NCBI GenBank assembly: GCA_963710755.1
Contig: CAVQBK010000005.1
Location: 64,001-128,000 of the forward strand
Reading direction: 5' to 3'
From: an uncultured bacterium
GTDB lineage: Bacteria; Oederibacteriota; JAAXVQ01; JAUVAV01
Length of the DNA stretch: 64,000 bases
The notes beneath the pieces are model-generated. The model did no database searches. It saw only the letters and a program-made list of their open reading frames with translations, and was not told where the DNA came from. The translations under genes and the position numbers were made by a program. Shown one piece after another: positions 50,746 to 61,270 of this stretch; position 1 is the stretch's first letter; each line of letters begins with the position of its first letter.

Positions 50746-52893
50746 TTATTTCCTGCTCACCCGCAGCACGCCTTTGATTTTCTGCAGGTTATTGATGATG
50801 TCGCGCAAGTGGTCCTGATTGCGGATTTCCAGAGTAAAAAGACCTTCCACCAGGTTGTTGGCTGTGGTTCTGGTATCCGTACCTTTGAGGATGGCCTTGT
50901 TGTCATAGATGACATGGAGCAGATCCGCCAGCAACCTTTCGCGGTCCTGGGCCAGTACAAAGAGGCGCATGGTGTGTACGGCATCCTGCATATCACCCCA
51001 AGATACTTCCACTTTCCTGCCCGGTTCATTGGTCATATGATTAAGGTTGGCGCAGTCGCTGCGATGAATGGAAATTCCCCGGCCCTGGGTGATGAAGCCC
51101 ACGATGGCATCGCCGGGGATGGGGTGACAGCACTGGGCAAACCGGACCACCATGCCCGTCATGCCATGAACCCGGATACCTTTGTCCCCTTTGGTGCTGG
51201 GCTCGGAATGCACGGGCGGCGGGGCCAGCACAGGCGCCGGTTGGGCGGTGGGATTGGCAAAACCCAGTTTGGCCGCCACGGTGCGGGCCGATACATTGCC
51301 GTCGCCGATCTGAATCAGTAATTCCTCTACCTCTCTGAAATTCATGCCTTGAGCTGTGTGTAAAAGCCGCTCTTTCTTCAAGACTTCATTCAAACTGGAC
51401 TCACAGCGTTTTAATTCCGTATCCAAAATAGTTTTGCCCTGCTCCAGTTTTTGATCCCGGTCCAATTGGCGAAAATAGTGACGGATGCGGTTTTTGGCTT
51501 TGGTGGTCTTGACGATTTTCAGCCAGTCCTGGGAGGGTTTGGCATCGCTGCGCGTAATGACCTCCACAATGTCGCCGTTCTTCAATTCATGTTTAAGTGG
51601 CACCAAACGGTTGTTAACTTTGGCGCCGATGATTTTGTCGCCCAGTCCGGAATGTATAAGATAGGCAAAATCAATGGGTGTGGAGCCACGCCGCAGAGAT
51701 TTGACCTCGCCTTTGGGGGTGAATACAAACACCTCATCTTCAAAGAGATCGATCTTCAGGGCTTCCATGAATTCGCGGGAATCGCGCAAGTCCTGCTGCC
51801 AATCCAAGAATTGGCGAAACCAGGCCAGTTTAGTCTCGTATTTTTTATCCGCTGTATCCCCTTCCTTGTAGGACCAGTGGGCGGCAATGCCTTCCTCCGC
51901 CGTCTGATGCATTTCTTCGGTTCGGATCTGTATTTCCAAAGGTTCGCCGGAAGGGCTGATAATCGTGGTGTGAATGGACTGGTACATGTTGGATTTGGGC
52001 ATGGCGATAAAATCCTTGAACCGCCGCGGCAGGGGCTTCCAATGGGCGTGCACAAGGCCCAAAACTGCGTAACAGTCCTTTAGATTTTCTGTGATGACCC
52101 GCAGCGCCATGATGTCGTAGATCTGATCGAGGTCCTTGTCCTGGAAACGCATTTTGTTCCAGATGCTGAGCATATGTTTCATGCGGCCGTTGATACGGGC
52201 ATGAATATGGGCTTCCTTGATCCAGAGCTCCAGCTCCCTTTTGACCTGTTCAATAGTCTGCATGCGCTGCTCTTCCAAAGCTGCCAGACGGGAGCGGAGG
52301 TCCTCATATTCTTTGGGATGGAGGTATCTGAAACACAGGTCCTCCAATTCATTTTTCACACGGCCCATCCCCAGGCGGTGGGCCAGAGGCGCATAAATTT
52401 CCAAAGTTTCCCGGGACAACCGGATTTGTTTTTCCGGGGCCAGGTACATGAGGGTGCGCATATTGTGCAGACGGTCAGCCAGCTTGATGACAATGACCCG
52501 GATATCCTTTACCATGGCCAGCATAATCTTGCGCAGGTTTTCAGCCTTGCGTTCTTCAGAATCGCGAAACACTTTGGCGCTGATCTTGGTGACCCCTTCC
52601 ACCAATTCGGCGATTTCCTTGCCGAACTTTCCTTCAATCTCTTCCTTGGTAGCCTCGGTGTCTTCAATGCAGTCATGGAGGATTCCCGCCATCAGCGTAT
52701 CCGCATCACAATGGAGATCAAACAGATTCTGGGCAGTGCCTACCACATGGGTGATATAGGGATCCCCGGAAAGCCGTTTCTGGCCGGCATGATAGTGTTC
52801 GGCAAACCGATAGGCAGCCTCCATACGTTCCACTTCCTGGGGTCGGAAGATTTCCGTTAACTGGTTTTTTAAAGTCTGCCAGTCGGTGTTCAC
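50746..52893 (-). CDS. rel: Bifunctional (p)ppGpp synthetase/hydrolase Rel
   Basis: HDCIED hydrolase motif, YQSIHT and EIQIRT synthetase motifs, TGS, CC and ACT domains. Confidence 0.96.
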   Translation of the reverse strand: MNTDWQTLKNQLTEIFRPQEVERMEAAYRFAEHYHAGQKRLSGDPYITHVVGTAQNLFDLHCDADTLMAGILHDCIEDTEATKEEIEGKFGKEIAELVEGVTKISAKVFRDSEERKAENLRKIMLAMVKDIRVIVIKLADRLHNMRTLMYLAPEKQIRLSRETLEIYAPLAHRLGMGRVKNELEDLCFRYLHPKEYEDLRSRLAALEEQRMQTIEQVKRELELWIKEAHIHARINGRMKHMLSIWNKMRFQDKDLDQIYDIMALRVITENLKDCYAVLGLVHAHWKPLPRRFKDFIAMPKSNMYQSIHTTIISPSGEPLEIQIRTEEMHQTAEEGIAAHWSYKEGDTADKKYETKLAWFRQFLDWQQDLRDSREFMEALKIDLFEDEVFVFTPKGEVKSLRRGSTPIDFAYLIHSGLGDKIIGAKVNNRLVPLKHELKNGDIVEVITRSDAKPSQDWLKIVKTTKAKNRIRHYFRQLDRDQKLEQGKTILDTELKRCESSLNEVLKKERLLHTAQGMNFREVEELLIQIGDGNVSARTVAAKLGFANPTAQPAPVLAPPPVHSEPSTKGDKGIRVHGMTGMVVRFAQCCHPIPGDAIVGFITQGRGISIHRSDCANLNHMTNEPGRKVEVSWGDMQDAVHTMRLFVLAQDRERLLADLLHVIYDNKAILKGTDTRTTANNLVEGLFTLEIRNQDHLRDIINNLQKIKGVLRVSRK

Positions 52894-53597
52894 GCGGGTT
52901 GGGTATCCTTCGGATTGATTTTCCCAGCTAAACGGTCCAGAGCTTGGCGACGCAGGCGGGAGAGTGCATCTTGCAACTGTTGACGACAGGCCTCGCTCTG
53001 GCGGTCATCCATTCTTTTAGGAATGGTCATGGGCTCGCCGAAAACGATCACCGCCCGGCTGAATGGTTTGGGAATCTCAAATTGATCCCAACTTCGGTGA
53101 AGCCGCCACGTCTTTGCCACCGCACACCCAAAGGGCGCGATGCTGTGCCCGGACAAGGCTGCCAAAAAAACCGCGCCCGGCTGGGCTTGATAAATTGGCC
53201 CACGCGGTCCGTCGGGGGTAATGGCCGTATGGTGTCCTTGATGCAGAGACCGGGCCAACCCGCGCAAGGCATTGACCTTGCCCTGGCTGGTGGAGGAACG
53301 CACTGTGCCAAACCCAAAATGGTGCAACACGGCGGCAATATAATCACCGTCTTTGGAGCGCGAGACCAGCACGCGGATCCCGTGATTCCTGAAAAAATAG
53401 GTGGCCAGCAATTGCTGATTGTGCCAGAAGGCGTAGATCAAGGGTGATTTGGGCTTGGCCTGCGGTGCCAGCCCATGGGGGTCGATCAGTTTTACTCTCA
53501 GGGTCATCAACATGAGCCGGACCAGAAAACTGGCCACCGGCATAAGCATTAACAGAAGTCGATGTTTAACTGGTGGTTGGGAGGTATTGGGTTGCAA
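52890..53597 (-). CDS. DUF374 lysophospholipid acyltransferase-like protein
   Basis: YAFWH, VSRSKDG, ITPDGPRGP, SWDQFEIPKPFS. Confidence 0.85.
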   Translation of the reverse strand: MQPNTSQPPVKHRLLLMLMPVASFLVRLMLMTLRVKLIDPHGLAPQAKPKSPLIYAFWHNQQLLATYFFRNHGIRVLVSRSKDGDYIAAVLHHFGFGTVRSSTSQGKVNALRGLARSLHQGHHTAITPDGPRGPIYQAQPGAVFLAALSGHSIAPFGCAVAKTWRLHRSWDQFEIPKPFSRAVIVFGEPMTIPKRMDDRQSEACRQQLQDALSRLRRQALDRLAGKINPKDTQPA

Positions 53598-53708
53598 AAT
53601 AATTCATCTGCTCCTTTGTCGTCATTCCTGTTGGGGAAAGACCGCTTATAGTGCAAGTCATTCAGGTTTGCTATCCACCCTAGGTGGTATTTAAAGAAAA
53701 CGCATTCG

Positions 53709-53734
53709 TTGAGTACAGGCATGCCTGTACTCAA
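53709..53734. repeat. Perfect 26-bp palindrome (REP-like)
   Basis: TTGAGTACAGGCATGCCTGTACTCAA. Confidence 0.85.
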
Positions 53735-53817
53735 TAGTGTAAACCATCGTCCTGCAAAGGGCGGGAACAAGACCTACTTAATCCGTAGCAAGAATTATTA
53801 TCCTAAACCAAGCCACT

Positions 53818-54336
53818 TCAAGCCAGAATCGTCCCTTCCAGGCGTTGCAGCTGCAATTTCATCTCAGCCCCGCCGGAAAAACCGCCCAGGCGGCCTTTGG
53901 CTGCCACCACCCGGTGACACGGAACCAACAGAGGTAGCGGATTGGCATTAAGCGCCTGCCCAACAGCCCGTTTAGATTCCGGATCGCCCATCATCTCAGC
54001 GATCCAACCGTAGGTTCTGGTGGTGCCATAAGGGATGGTCCTGGCAACACACCACACCTGGCGTTGAAAGACCGTGGCCACATTGTAGTCTAATTTGAGA
54101 TTAAAATCCACGGGACGGCCTTGGAAATAATGGCGTAACTGTACCTGCAGCTTTTTAAACAAGGGGTGCTTGTTGTCAGGAATCAGTTCTTCCCCACGGG
54201 TGGCGGCGCACAGAGCCTCAAAAGCCGCTTGTTTTTGTGACTTTGGTAAAATCACATGTCTGAGCCCGTGTTTGCTCAGGGCCAGGGCTATATAACCCCA
54301 ATCAATCTTTATAATATCAAAGCGTAACTTTTCCAT
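53818..54336 (-). CDS. ogt: Methylated-DNA--protein-cysteine methyltransferase
   Basis: FQRQVW, IPYG, RAVGQA, PCHRVV active site. Confidence 0.93.
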   Translation of the reverse strand: MEKLRFDIIKIDWGYIALALSKHGLRHVILPKSQKQAAFEALCAATRGEELIPDNKHPLFKKLQVQLRHYFQGRPVDFNLKLDYNVATVFQRQVWCVARTIPYGTTRTYGWIAEMMGDPESKRAVGQALNANPLPLLVPCHRVVAAKGRLGGFSGGAEMKLQLQRLEGTILA

Positions 54337-54380
54337 GTTGTTTCCTTCTTTGGCCAAACCGCCGACAACGGTGATGAGGC

Positions 54381-55991
54381 TTATTCAATCCAGCTTTCCT
54401 CGGCACCGGCCAAGCCGACTTTTTTCTTGATCAACTTCCAGACCTGTTTTTGTTCCGGCACTTGGAAAAACCAGCTAAAAGCAGCATAGGCGCCGATGCC
54501 AAAAATAATCAGCGCGATTACTTTCCAGGCCAGCTCCAACCTGGGTATGGATGCACCGGCATGAGCCAGCCAGCCTTGGCTGCCTTGATAAACAATAAAC
54601 CCCATCCCCAAGCCCGCCGCCATGATTCTCAGCAAGGAATTAAGGATACGCTTACCGTCCAATTTCCCCACCAGCCGGTGAAGCATAATAATAAGGATTG
54701 TGAAGTTCACAAAGGCCGCCACGGAAGTGGCCAGGGCCAGACCTTTGTAGCCCATGGACTGCATGAGCAACAAATTTAATCCAATGTTGACCACCACCGC
54801 CACCACGGCTGCGATCACCGGAATCTTGGCGTTATTGAGGGCATAAAAAGTGGGCACCACCACTTTGACGCCGGCAAAGGCCAGCAAACCCAGGCTGTAA
54901 TAAATGCTGGCCTGGGCCACGGCGCTGACGGCCTCGGGACTGAAACGGCCATATTGAAACAGCAGCCGGTTGATGGGTTCGGCCAGTACGATAATCCCCA
55001 CCGCCGCAGGTACGATAATCATGAACAGAAGCCGAAAACCGAAGGACAGACTTTTAACCAACTGGTCATGCTGCCCTTGAGCAATATGTTTGGAGGTCAC
55101 CGGCAGCAACGCCGTGGCAATGGCCACCCCAAAAACGCCCAAGGGCAGCTGCATCAAACGGTTACCGTAATAAAGATAAGTGACCGAGCCTTGCGGCAGA
55201 AAGGAGGCGATCACGGTATTGATGAACAAATTAATCTGGGTTACCGACAACCCTAATACCGCCGGGCCCATCAAGCGAATAATTTTTTTCAGACCCGGAT
55301 CGTTCCATTTGATCAGGGGCCGCCAGCGGTAGCCTTGCTTGAGCACCGCCGGCAGCTGGATCAGCATTTGCATGGATCCGCCGATCATGGCGCCCCAGGC
55401 CCAGCCAATGACCTGTTGTTCCGGCCGCTGGCCGAAAAAGGGGCAAATAAAAATACCAAAGGCGATCATGGTCAGATTAAGCATGACCGGTGCAAAAGCC
55501 GGTATGGCGAATCGTTCCTTGGAATTGAGGATGCCCATCAGCACGGCTGCCAAGCTGATGAAACTCAAAAAAGGAATTAAAATCCTGGTCAGGTGAATGG
55601 TCAGGCGGAATTTTTCGGGGTTGTCGGCAAAACCAGGCACAATAACCGAAACAATCACCGGCGCCCCGGCTTCCCCCAGAATCACCAACCCCAGCATGAC
55701 CAGCATGACGGCGTTGATCACAATGGACACCAGCTGCCAGGCCCTGGCTTGGCCTTCATCCACCATGGTCTTGGTAAAAGTCGGAATAAACGCCGAGGAC
55801 AGCGCGCCTTCTGCGAACAGATCGCGCAGGAGATTGGGAATGCGAAATGCTGCCAGGTAAGCGTCATTAGCCAAGCCGGCGCCCAATAGCGCCCCGCCCA
55901 CACCGTCACGGACGTAACCGAAGACGCGGGAGATCATGGTGAACAAGGAAATAATACCGGCGGTTTTGGCGAGTTGCTTGTCTTTGGCCAC
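54381..55991 (-). CDS. murJ: Lipid II flippase MurJ
   Basis: SRVFGYVRD, AFRIPNLLRDLFAEGALS, NRLMQLPLGVFG; GTG start. Confidence 0.95.
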   Translation of the reverse strand: MAKDKQLAKTAGIISLFTMISRVFGYVRDGVGGALLGAGLANDAYLAAFRIPNLLRDLFAEGALSSAFIPTFTKTMVDEGQARAWQLVSIVINAVMLVMLGLVILGEAGAPVIVSVIVPGFADNPEKFRLTIHLTRILIPFLSFISLAAVLMGILNSKERFAIPAFAPVMLNLTMIAFGIFICPFFGQRPEQQVIGWAWGAMIGGSMQMLIQLPAVLKQGYRWRPLIKWNDPGLKKIIRLMGPAVLGLSVTQINLFINTVIASFLPQGSVTYLYYGNRLMQLPLGVFGVAIATALLPVTSKHIAQGQHDQLVKSLSFGFRLLFMIIVPAAVGIIVLAEPINRLLFQYGRFSPEAVSAVAQASIYYSLGLLAFAGVKVVVPTFYALNNAKIPVIAAVVAVVVNIGLNLLLMQSMGYKGLALATSVAAFVNFTILIIMLHRLVGKLDGKRILNSLLRIMAAGLGMGFIVYQGSQGWLAHAGASIPRLELAWKVIALIIFGIGAYAAFSWFFQVPEQKQVWKLIKKKVGLAGAEESWIE

Positions 55992-56327
55992 AAGGATGCT
56001 CCTAAAAAATGTGGAGCAGATTATAGCGCCATCGCGCCTGTTCATCAACAACTATGCAGCCATTATGAATAACAAAATATCCGATAATCCTCTTGACGGT
56101 TGAGCCAAAAAGGTGTTTGCTATAAGTTGTTCAGAGATAATAAATTTAAAAACTTATACGGTTAGCGATCAATTAGTTCCTGTTGCGAAAAAAACAATCT
56201 CCCTATTCCCTCTGGGTGCCCGCCGTAAGGATACCTCCCCAGAGAAGAGGGCTATTTTGTTAAGATTGAAAAGACCTTTTCCCGCAACAAGAATTCATTA
56301 TGAAAACATAAGGAGCCTCCGCTGCCT

Positions 56328-57368
56328 ATGCGCTACCTCGTTTTAAAAAAATCGGATCTCGATTCTTTCCTTCAGCATTTAGCCTCCAAACAGCGCCTGG
56401 TTGCCCCTCTTCCCAAAGGAGACGGTCAGTATGCCTTTGAGGATGTGAAGAGCGCGCATAAGGTAGCCATTCCTTATGTGCCGACCATTCTCCCGCCCAA
56501 GAAATATTTCATACCCCAACACGAAACATTACTCGAATATGACACCCACCACGGCCAGCATATGCAGGCGGTGGTGGACTATGAGTCCATGGTGATCTTT
56601 GGCATGCATACCTGCGACCTGGCCGGCGTCCAATGCTTGAACGCGGTTTTTTCCGATCGTCCCAAAGACCAAAACTATCTGATTCGTCGAACGAAAATCG
56701 CCATCATCGGTATGGAATGCAATCAATATTGTGATGAGCATGCCAGTTGCGCCTTGATGGGCAACCACCTGCCCAACGGCGGTTATGACCTTTTTTTCAC
56801 CGACCTCGGCGACGACTTTATGGTCCATGTCAACACCTATACAGGTCTCCACTTGCTGGATGATACCAAGTTGTTCACCGAAGCTGGTGGCGGTCACCTA
56901 AGGGCTTTAAAAGAGCTGCGCGTTAAAAAACGTGACCTTTTTAAACCAGAAGTCCAAATTGATTTGCACGACCTGCCCCGGCTCTTCGATCAAAGCGTTC
57001 ATAGCCGTGTGTGGGAAGATATTGGAGCCAGATGTCTGTCTTGTGGCAATTGCACCAATGTTTGTCCTACCTGCTATTGCTTTGATGTGGTCGATGAACC
57101 CAGCCTGGATTTAAAAACCGGCCGCCGTTTTCGGGTTTGGGACTCCTGCCAAAATGAGCGGTTTGCCAAAATCTCCGGGGGCGAAAGTTTTCGCAAAACC
57201 AGAGCCTCCAGAAAAAAACACCGCTTTTACCGGAAATTCCGTTATCCCATGGACCGATATGGAAAATATTTTTGCACCGGTTGCGGACGGTGCACCCGAA
57301 CCTGTATGGCTAAAATCAATTTAAAAGAGACCTTAACTCTTTTGGCAAAGGAGCAGGCCCTATCGTGA
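56328..57368 (+). CDS. hydB: Group 3b [NiFe] (sulf)hydrogenase beta subunit (4Fe-4S)
   Basis: CLSCGNCTNVCPTCYCF and CTGCGRCTRTC. Confidence 0.88.
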   Translation: MRYLVLKKSDLDSFLQHLASKQRLVAPLPKGDGQYAFEDVKSAHKVAIPYVPTILPPKKYFIPQHETLLEYDTHHGQHMQAVVDYESMVIFGMHTCDLAGVQCLNAVFSDRPKDQNYLIRRTKIAIIGMECNQYCDEHASCALMGNHLPNGGYDLFFTDLGDDFMVHVNTYTGLHLLDDTKLFTEAGGGHLRALKELRVKKRDLFKPEVQIDLHDLPRLFDQSVHSRVWEDIGARCLSCGNCTNVCPTCYCFDVVDEPSLDLKTGRRFRVWDSCQNERFAKISGGESFRKTRASRKKHRFYRKFRYPMDRYGKYFCTGCGRCTRTCMAKINLKETLTLLAKEQALS

Positions 57369-58207
57369 AAGAACGCATGATTATCCAGGATTCGGAGTAT
57401 AACATTAAAACCGGAAAGATTGTTCACGCGGAACAGTTAACGGCGGAGGAAAAATTTTTCAAGGTTGTTTTCCCCGGTGGCGCCACCCTCAATCATGATC
57501 CCGGTCAATTCGTGGAAGTTTCCTTGTTTGGCGTCGGTGAAGTGCCCATCTCTATCGCTTCTTCACCCACCCGTACTCACGGTTTCGACCTGTGCATCCG
57601 CAAAGCAGGCAAAGTGACCAACGCGATTCACAAGCTGGGGGTTGGTGACGAGATCGGTATCCGCGGCCCCTTTGGCCAGGGGTTTCCAATGCAATATTTG
57701 GAAGGATCCGACATTCTCATTGTGGCCGGCGGCCTGGGCATTGTGCCCTTGCGTTCCTTGATTCATTTTGTTATCGATAATCGCCGTGAATTCGGCAAAG
57801 TCGACATCTTATTGGGGTGCAAAACACCGCATAACTTACTCTTTGGCGAGGAAATCGAAATTTGGAGTGAGCGGCTGGATATTAATTTTGCCTGCACCGT
57901 TGACCGCAGTGATCCTGATTGGAAAGGCAATGTGGGCATCATCACCAACCTGATCCCCGACGTTGACCTTCGTCCGGATCACACCTATGCCGTGGTGGTT
58001 GGCCCGCCCATCATGTATAAATTTGTGATTCAAGAGCTTAAAAAGAAAGGCATTGCTGATAATCATATTGTTGTATCCCTCGAACGGCACATGAAATGCG
58101 GATTGGGCAAATGCGGTCATTGTCAGATCAATAAATATTATTGCTGCAAAGACGGACCTGTATTTTTTTATGACCAGATCATGCATCTCGAGGAGGCTTT
58201 TGCCTGA
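57365..58207 (+). CDS. hydG: Group 3b hydrogenase gamma subunit (FAD/NAD(P), 2Fe-2S)
   Basis: PGQFV, RGPFG, AGGLG, MKCGLGKCGHC. Confidence 0.88.
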   Translation: MKERMIIQDSEYNIKTGKIVHAEQLTAEEKFFKVVFPGGATLNHDPGQFVEVSLFGVGEVPISIASSPTRTHGFDLCIRKAGKVTNAIHKLGVGDEIGIRGPFGQGFPMQYLEGSDILIVAGGLGIVPLRSLIHFVIDNRREFGKVDILLGCKTPHNLLFGEEIEIWSERLDINFACTVDRSDPDWKGNVGIITNLIPDVDLRPDHTYAVVVGPPIMYKFVIQELKKKGIADNHIVVSLERHMKCGLGKCGHCQINKYYCCKDGPVFFYDQIMHLEEAFA

Positions 58208-58974
58208 TGGCCAATCCCAAAGTGGCGTTCTTTGATTTTACGTGTTGCGAGGGCTGCCAACTGCAAGTCGCCAATTTAGGAGAAGACTTGCTCAATATTT
58301 TAGGCGCCGTGGACGTGGTGGAATTTCGGGAAGTGCTCTCGGAGAAATGGCCGGGACAGCTGGACGTGGCCATTGTGGAAGGCAGCATCACCACGCCTCA
58401 CGATGTAGAGCGCATCAAAACCATCCGTGAACGCAGCCGCGTCCTGATCGCTTACGGATCGTGCGCCACCATTGGCGGGATCAACGGCATCAAAAACAAT
58501 TATAACCTTGATGAAATCAAGGGTTATGTTTACCAGCAGGACGCCAAGTATTTTGCCTCCATTGCCACCAGGCCCGTTCATGCCGTGGTCCCAGTGGACT
58601 ATTATGTCCACGGCTGCCCCATCTATCCGCCGGAGTTCATTAACGTGCTTAAAAATGTCCTTATGGGACTGCCCTACGATGTGCCTGATCACGCGGTCTG
58701 CGTGGAATGTAAACTGAATGAGAATGTTTGCATGTATGAACGGGGCATCACCTGCATGGGACCGGTCACCCGGGCTGGCTGCAATTCGTGGTGTATCAAC
58801 AATAACAATATTTGTTACGGTTGCCGCGGCATGGTCAGCAATCCCAATAAAAACGGATCCTCCGATGTGATTAAGCGCTACGGCCTTGATCTGCAACGGA
58901 TGGCCAATAAAATGAATATGTATAATACCTATAGGGAGCAGCAGGAGCATGAGCAAACGGACGCTAAAGATTAA
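58207..58974 (+). CDS. hydD: Group 3b hydrogenase small (delta) subunit
   Basis: CCEGC, GSCA, GCP, CVEC, CMGPVTRAGC, CYGCRG. Confidence 0.9.
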   Translation: MANPKVAFFDFTCCEGCQLQVANLGEDLLNILGAVDVVEFREVLSEKWPGQLDVAIVEGSITTPHDVERIKTIRERSRVLIAYGSCATIGGINGIKNNYNLDEIKGYVYQQDAKYFASIATRPVHAVVPVDYYVHGCPIYPPEFINVLKNVLMGLPYDVPDHAVCVECKLNENVCMYERGITCMGPVTRAGCNSWCINNNNICYGCRGMVSNPNKNGSSDVIKRYGLDLQRMANKMNMYNTYREQQEHEQTDAKD

Positions 58975-60277
58975 TGTCAATTATCTGACCCGGGTCGAGG
59001 GGCATGGTAATATTGTTATTGATGTTAAAAACGGCATTCTGGAAACATGTCAATTGCAAATTGTGGAAGCCCCCCGGTTGTTTGAAGGCATGCTGCGGGG
59101 ACGTTCCATCTTCGAGGCCCAGCACATCACGTCCCGTATCTGCGGTATTTGCGCTTGCGGCCATAGCCTGGCTTCCATTCAGGCCGCTGAATCGGCGATT
59201 AAATTCACCCCTTCGCGACAAACCGTTAAACTGCGTGAGTTTCTGATCGATATGGAAAATCTGGACAGCCATCTTTTGCACATCTACCTGTTGGTAGCTC
59301 CTGATCTCCTGGGTGTGCCCAGTTTCGTCCCCCTCATCAAATCGCATAATGATGTAGTGCGCCGGGCGCTGCGCATGAAAAAAGAGGTCAACGATATTTG
59401 TGACTTATTCGTAGGACGCCATGTGCATCCCATTGCTGCTATTGTCGGCGGTTTTACCAAACTGCCCAAAAAGGATACCCTGGCTACCATGATCAAGAAA
59501 CTATATGCCATGCGCGAGGATATGGATGAAACCATTAAGCTGGCCAAGACCTTTGTTTTTCCCGACTTCACCCGCGATACGGAGTATGTAGCCCTGGTCG
59601 GGGATGATCAGGACTATCCCCTGCTTAGCGGTGATATCGGCTCGACCGATGGTAAGCGCTTATCCAAAGAGAATTACCGCCAAGTCACCAATGAATTTGT
59701 GGTGCCCCACTCCAGCGCCAAGCATGCCAAATGGAACCGTGATTCATACGCCGTAGGGGCTTTAGCCCGTTTTAATCTTAATTACGACAAATTGCACCCC
59801 AAAGCCAAAGCCGTGGCCGAGGCCATCAATTTCAAACCCAAAATCACCAATCCTTATTTAAACACGGTCGCCCAATTAATTGAATGTGTTCATTGCCTGG
59901 AACATGGGATTGGGCTTTTGGAGGGTTTGCAGAAAATAGGCATAGATTATTCGGAAGAAGTGATTGTAGGCATGAATGAGAAACATAACATTCCCGTCCA
60001 GGCCGGCAGCGGCGTAGGTGCCGTGGAAGTGCCGCGGGGAATCCTGTTCCATCATTACACCGTCAACGACCAAGGCATCATCACGGAAGCCAATTGTATC
60101 ATCCCCACCGGTCAGAATATAGCCAACATCGAAAAGGACATGCAGGCTTTAGTTCCCCAGATCCTGGATAAGTCGGATGAAGAGATCACCCTTGGTTTGG
60201 AAATGCTGGTACGGGCCTATGATCCCTGCATTTCCTGTTCCGCCCATTTTCTGGATGTCAAATTTACTAACCGCTGA
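58949..60277 (+). CDS. hydA: Group 3b [NiFe] hydrogenase large (alpha) subunit
   Basis: TRVEGHG, L1 RICGICACGH, EVPRG, L2 DPCISCSAH followed by a cleavable tail. Confidence 0.93.
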   Translation: MSKRTLKINVNYLTRVEGHGNIVIDVKNGILETCQLQIVEAPRLFEGMLRGRSIFEAQHITSRICGICACGHSLASIQAAESAIKFTPSRQTVKLREFLIDMENLDSHLLHIYLLVAPDLLGVPSFVPLIKSHNDVVRRALRMKKEVNDICDLFVGRHVHPIAAIVGGFTKLPKKDTLATMIKKLYAMREDMDETIKLAKTFVFPDFTRDTEYVALVGDDQDYPLLSGDIGSTDGKRLSKENYRQVTNEFVVPHSSAKHAKWNRDSYAVGALARFNLNYDKLHPKAKAVAEAINFKPKITNPYLNTVAQLIECVHCLEHGIGLLEGLQKIGIDYSEEVIVGMNEKHNIPVQAGSGVGAVEVPRGILFHHYTVNDQGIITEANCIIPTGQNIANIEKDMQALVPQILDKSDEEITLGLEMLVRAYDPCISCSAHFLDVKFTNR

Positions 60278-60755
60278 AGTCCAACAAGCCTTAGCCCCTC
60301 ATCCTGAAGGCCTGACCCTGTATATCACATTGGGTAATGACCTGCGCGGCGATGATGCCATCGGTCCTTATCTTGCCGCCCATTGGCCCCTACTGTCCGA
60401 TGATCAGAAGCACATCCATGGCGGCGAGCATCCGGAAAACATCATTGATAAGGCCATTACTCAGACCCCGAAAAAAGTAGTCTTCATTGATGCTGCTGAT
60501 TTTGGCGCGGCCCCGGGGACCACCGCCTCTTTTCCTTTGGAAGCACTGCCGGAACATACCCTAAGCACCCACCGCTTCCCGGTGGCCGTCATCGCAAACC
60601 TCCTCCAGGAAGATTGCGGTTGCGAACTGTTTTTCATTGGAATTCAACTGGGGCAGGTGGATCTCAACGCCCCCCTTACGCCGGCGGTCTTGCGGGCTGG
60701 ACGGGCAATTTTGGAATATTTTGAAGGTGGAACAAATGACCGTTCACCTAGCTAA
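60255..60755 (+). CDS. Hydrogenase maturation endopeptidase (HycI-like)
   Basis: LGNDLRGDDAIG, PE, FIDAADFG, STH. Confidence 0.88.
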   Translation: MSNLLTAEVQQALAPHPEGLTLYITLGNDLRGDDAIGPYLAAHWPLLSDDQKHIHGGEHPENIIDKAITQTPKKVVFIDAADFGAAPGTTASFPLEALPEHTLSTHRFPVAVIANLLQEDCGCELFFIGIQLGQVDLNAPLTPAVLRAGRAILEYFEGGTNDRSPS

Positions 60756-60842
60756 GGTAATATTTAGCAGATAAGGCAAATAACGGGATGACCTCTAAGA
60801 TATTCGCCTTATTTACGAGACACGACACTTGAACGAGAGATT

Positions 60843-61182
60843 CTATCCGAAGGTGATCCGGTTCAGAATATAATTGATGACGGACAGAATAATGCCAAAC
60901 AGCAAAGCCCACCAGAAATTCCTAACCTGGAAACCCGACACGAAGTGCGCTCGCCAGTTGAACCATCAACGTGTTAATGACCAGCAGGAATAGGCCAAAA
61001 GTGAGTATGGTCAGCGGAAAAGTGAGAAGCACCAAGATCGGGCGCAGAAAAACATTGCATAGACCCAAGACCAAGGCCACCACGACCGCTGTACCAAAGC
61101 CCGCAATTTTGACCCCCGTCAGTAAATAGCCTGTAATGATAATGGCGACAGCATAAATCAGCCAATGAACCATAATAACCAT
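60843..61182 (-). pseudogene. YvlD / 4-TM 'phage holin family IV' membrane protein with a +1 frameshift
   Basis: RPILVLLTFPLTILTFGLFLLVIN; after ASAL the family-typical VSGFQVRNFWWALLFGIILSVIN continues in another frame to a stop at 60843. Confidence 0.75.
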
Positions 61183-61270
61183 GATGCCCCCCGCTAATGA
61201 ACTTCTCGTTAAATGCTAAGCCCATGGAGGTCATAAGTCAAGGCGCTTGTTCCGGTTGGCAATATTTCGT

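Noticed and set aside
56200-56252. Hairpin upstream of the hydrogenase operon as a riboswitch or Rex site
   Set aside because: No match to a riboswitch or Rex consensus that I can support; looks like a degenerate CCCTCTCCC...GGGAGAGGG-type palindrome
60737-60775. ATG with RBS overlapping the protease stop (MTVHLAKVIFSR)
   Set aside because: Only 12 codons; it may be the remnant of a deleted gene but cannot be supported
60843-61182. 'Phage holin' as evidence of a prophage
   Set aside because: The YvlD family is common in chromosomes and there are no phage genes nearby
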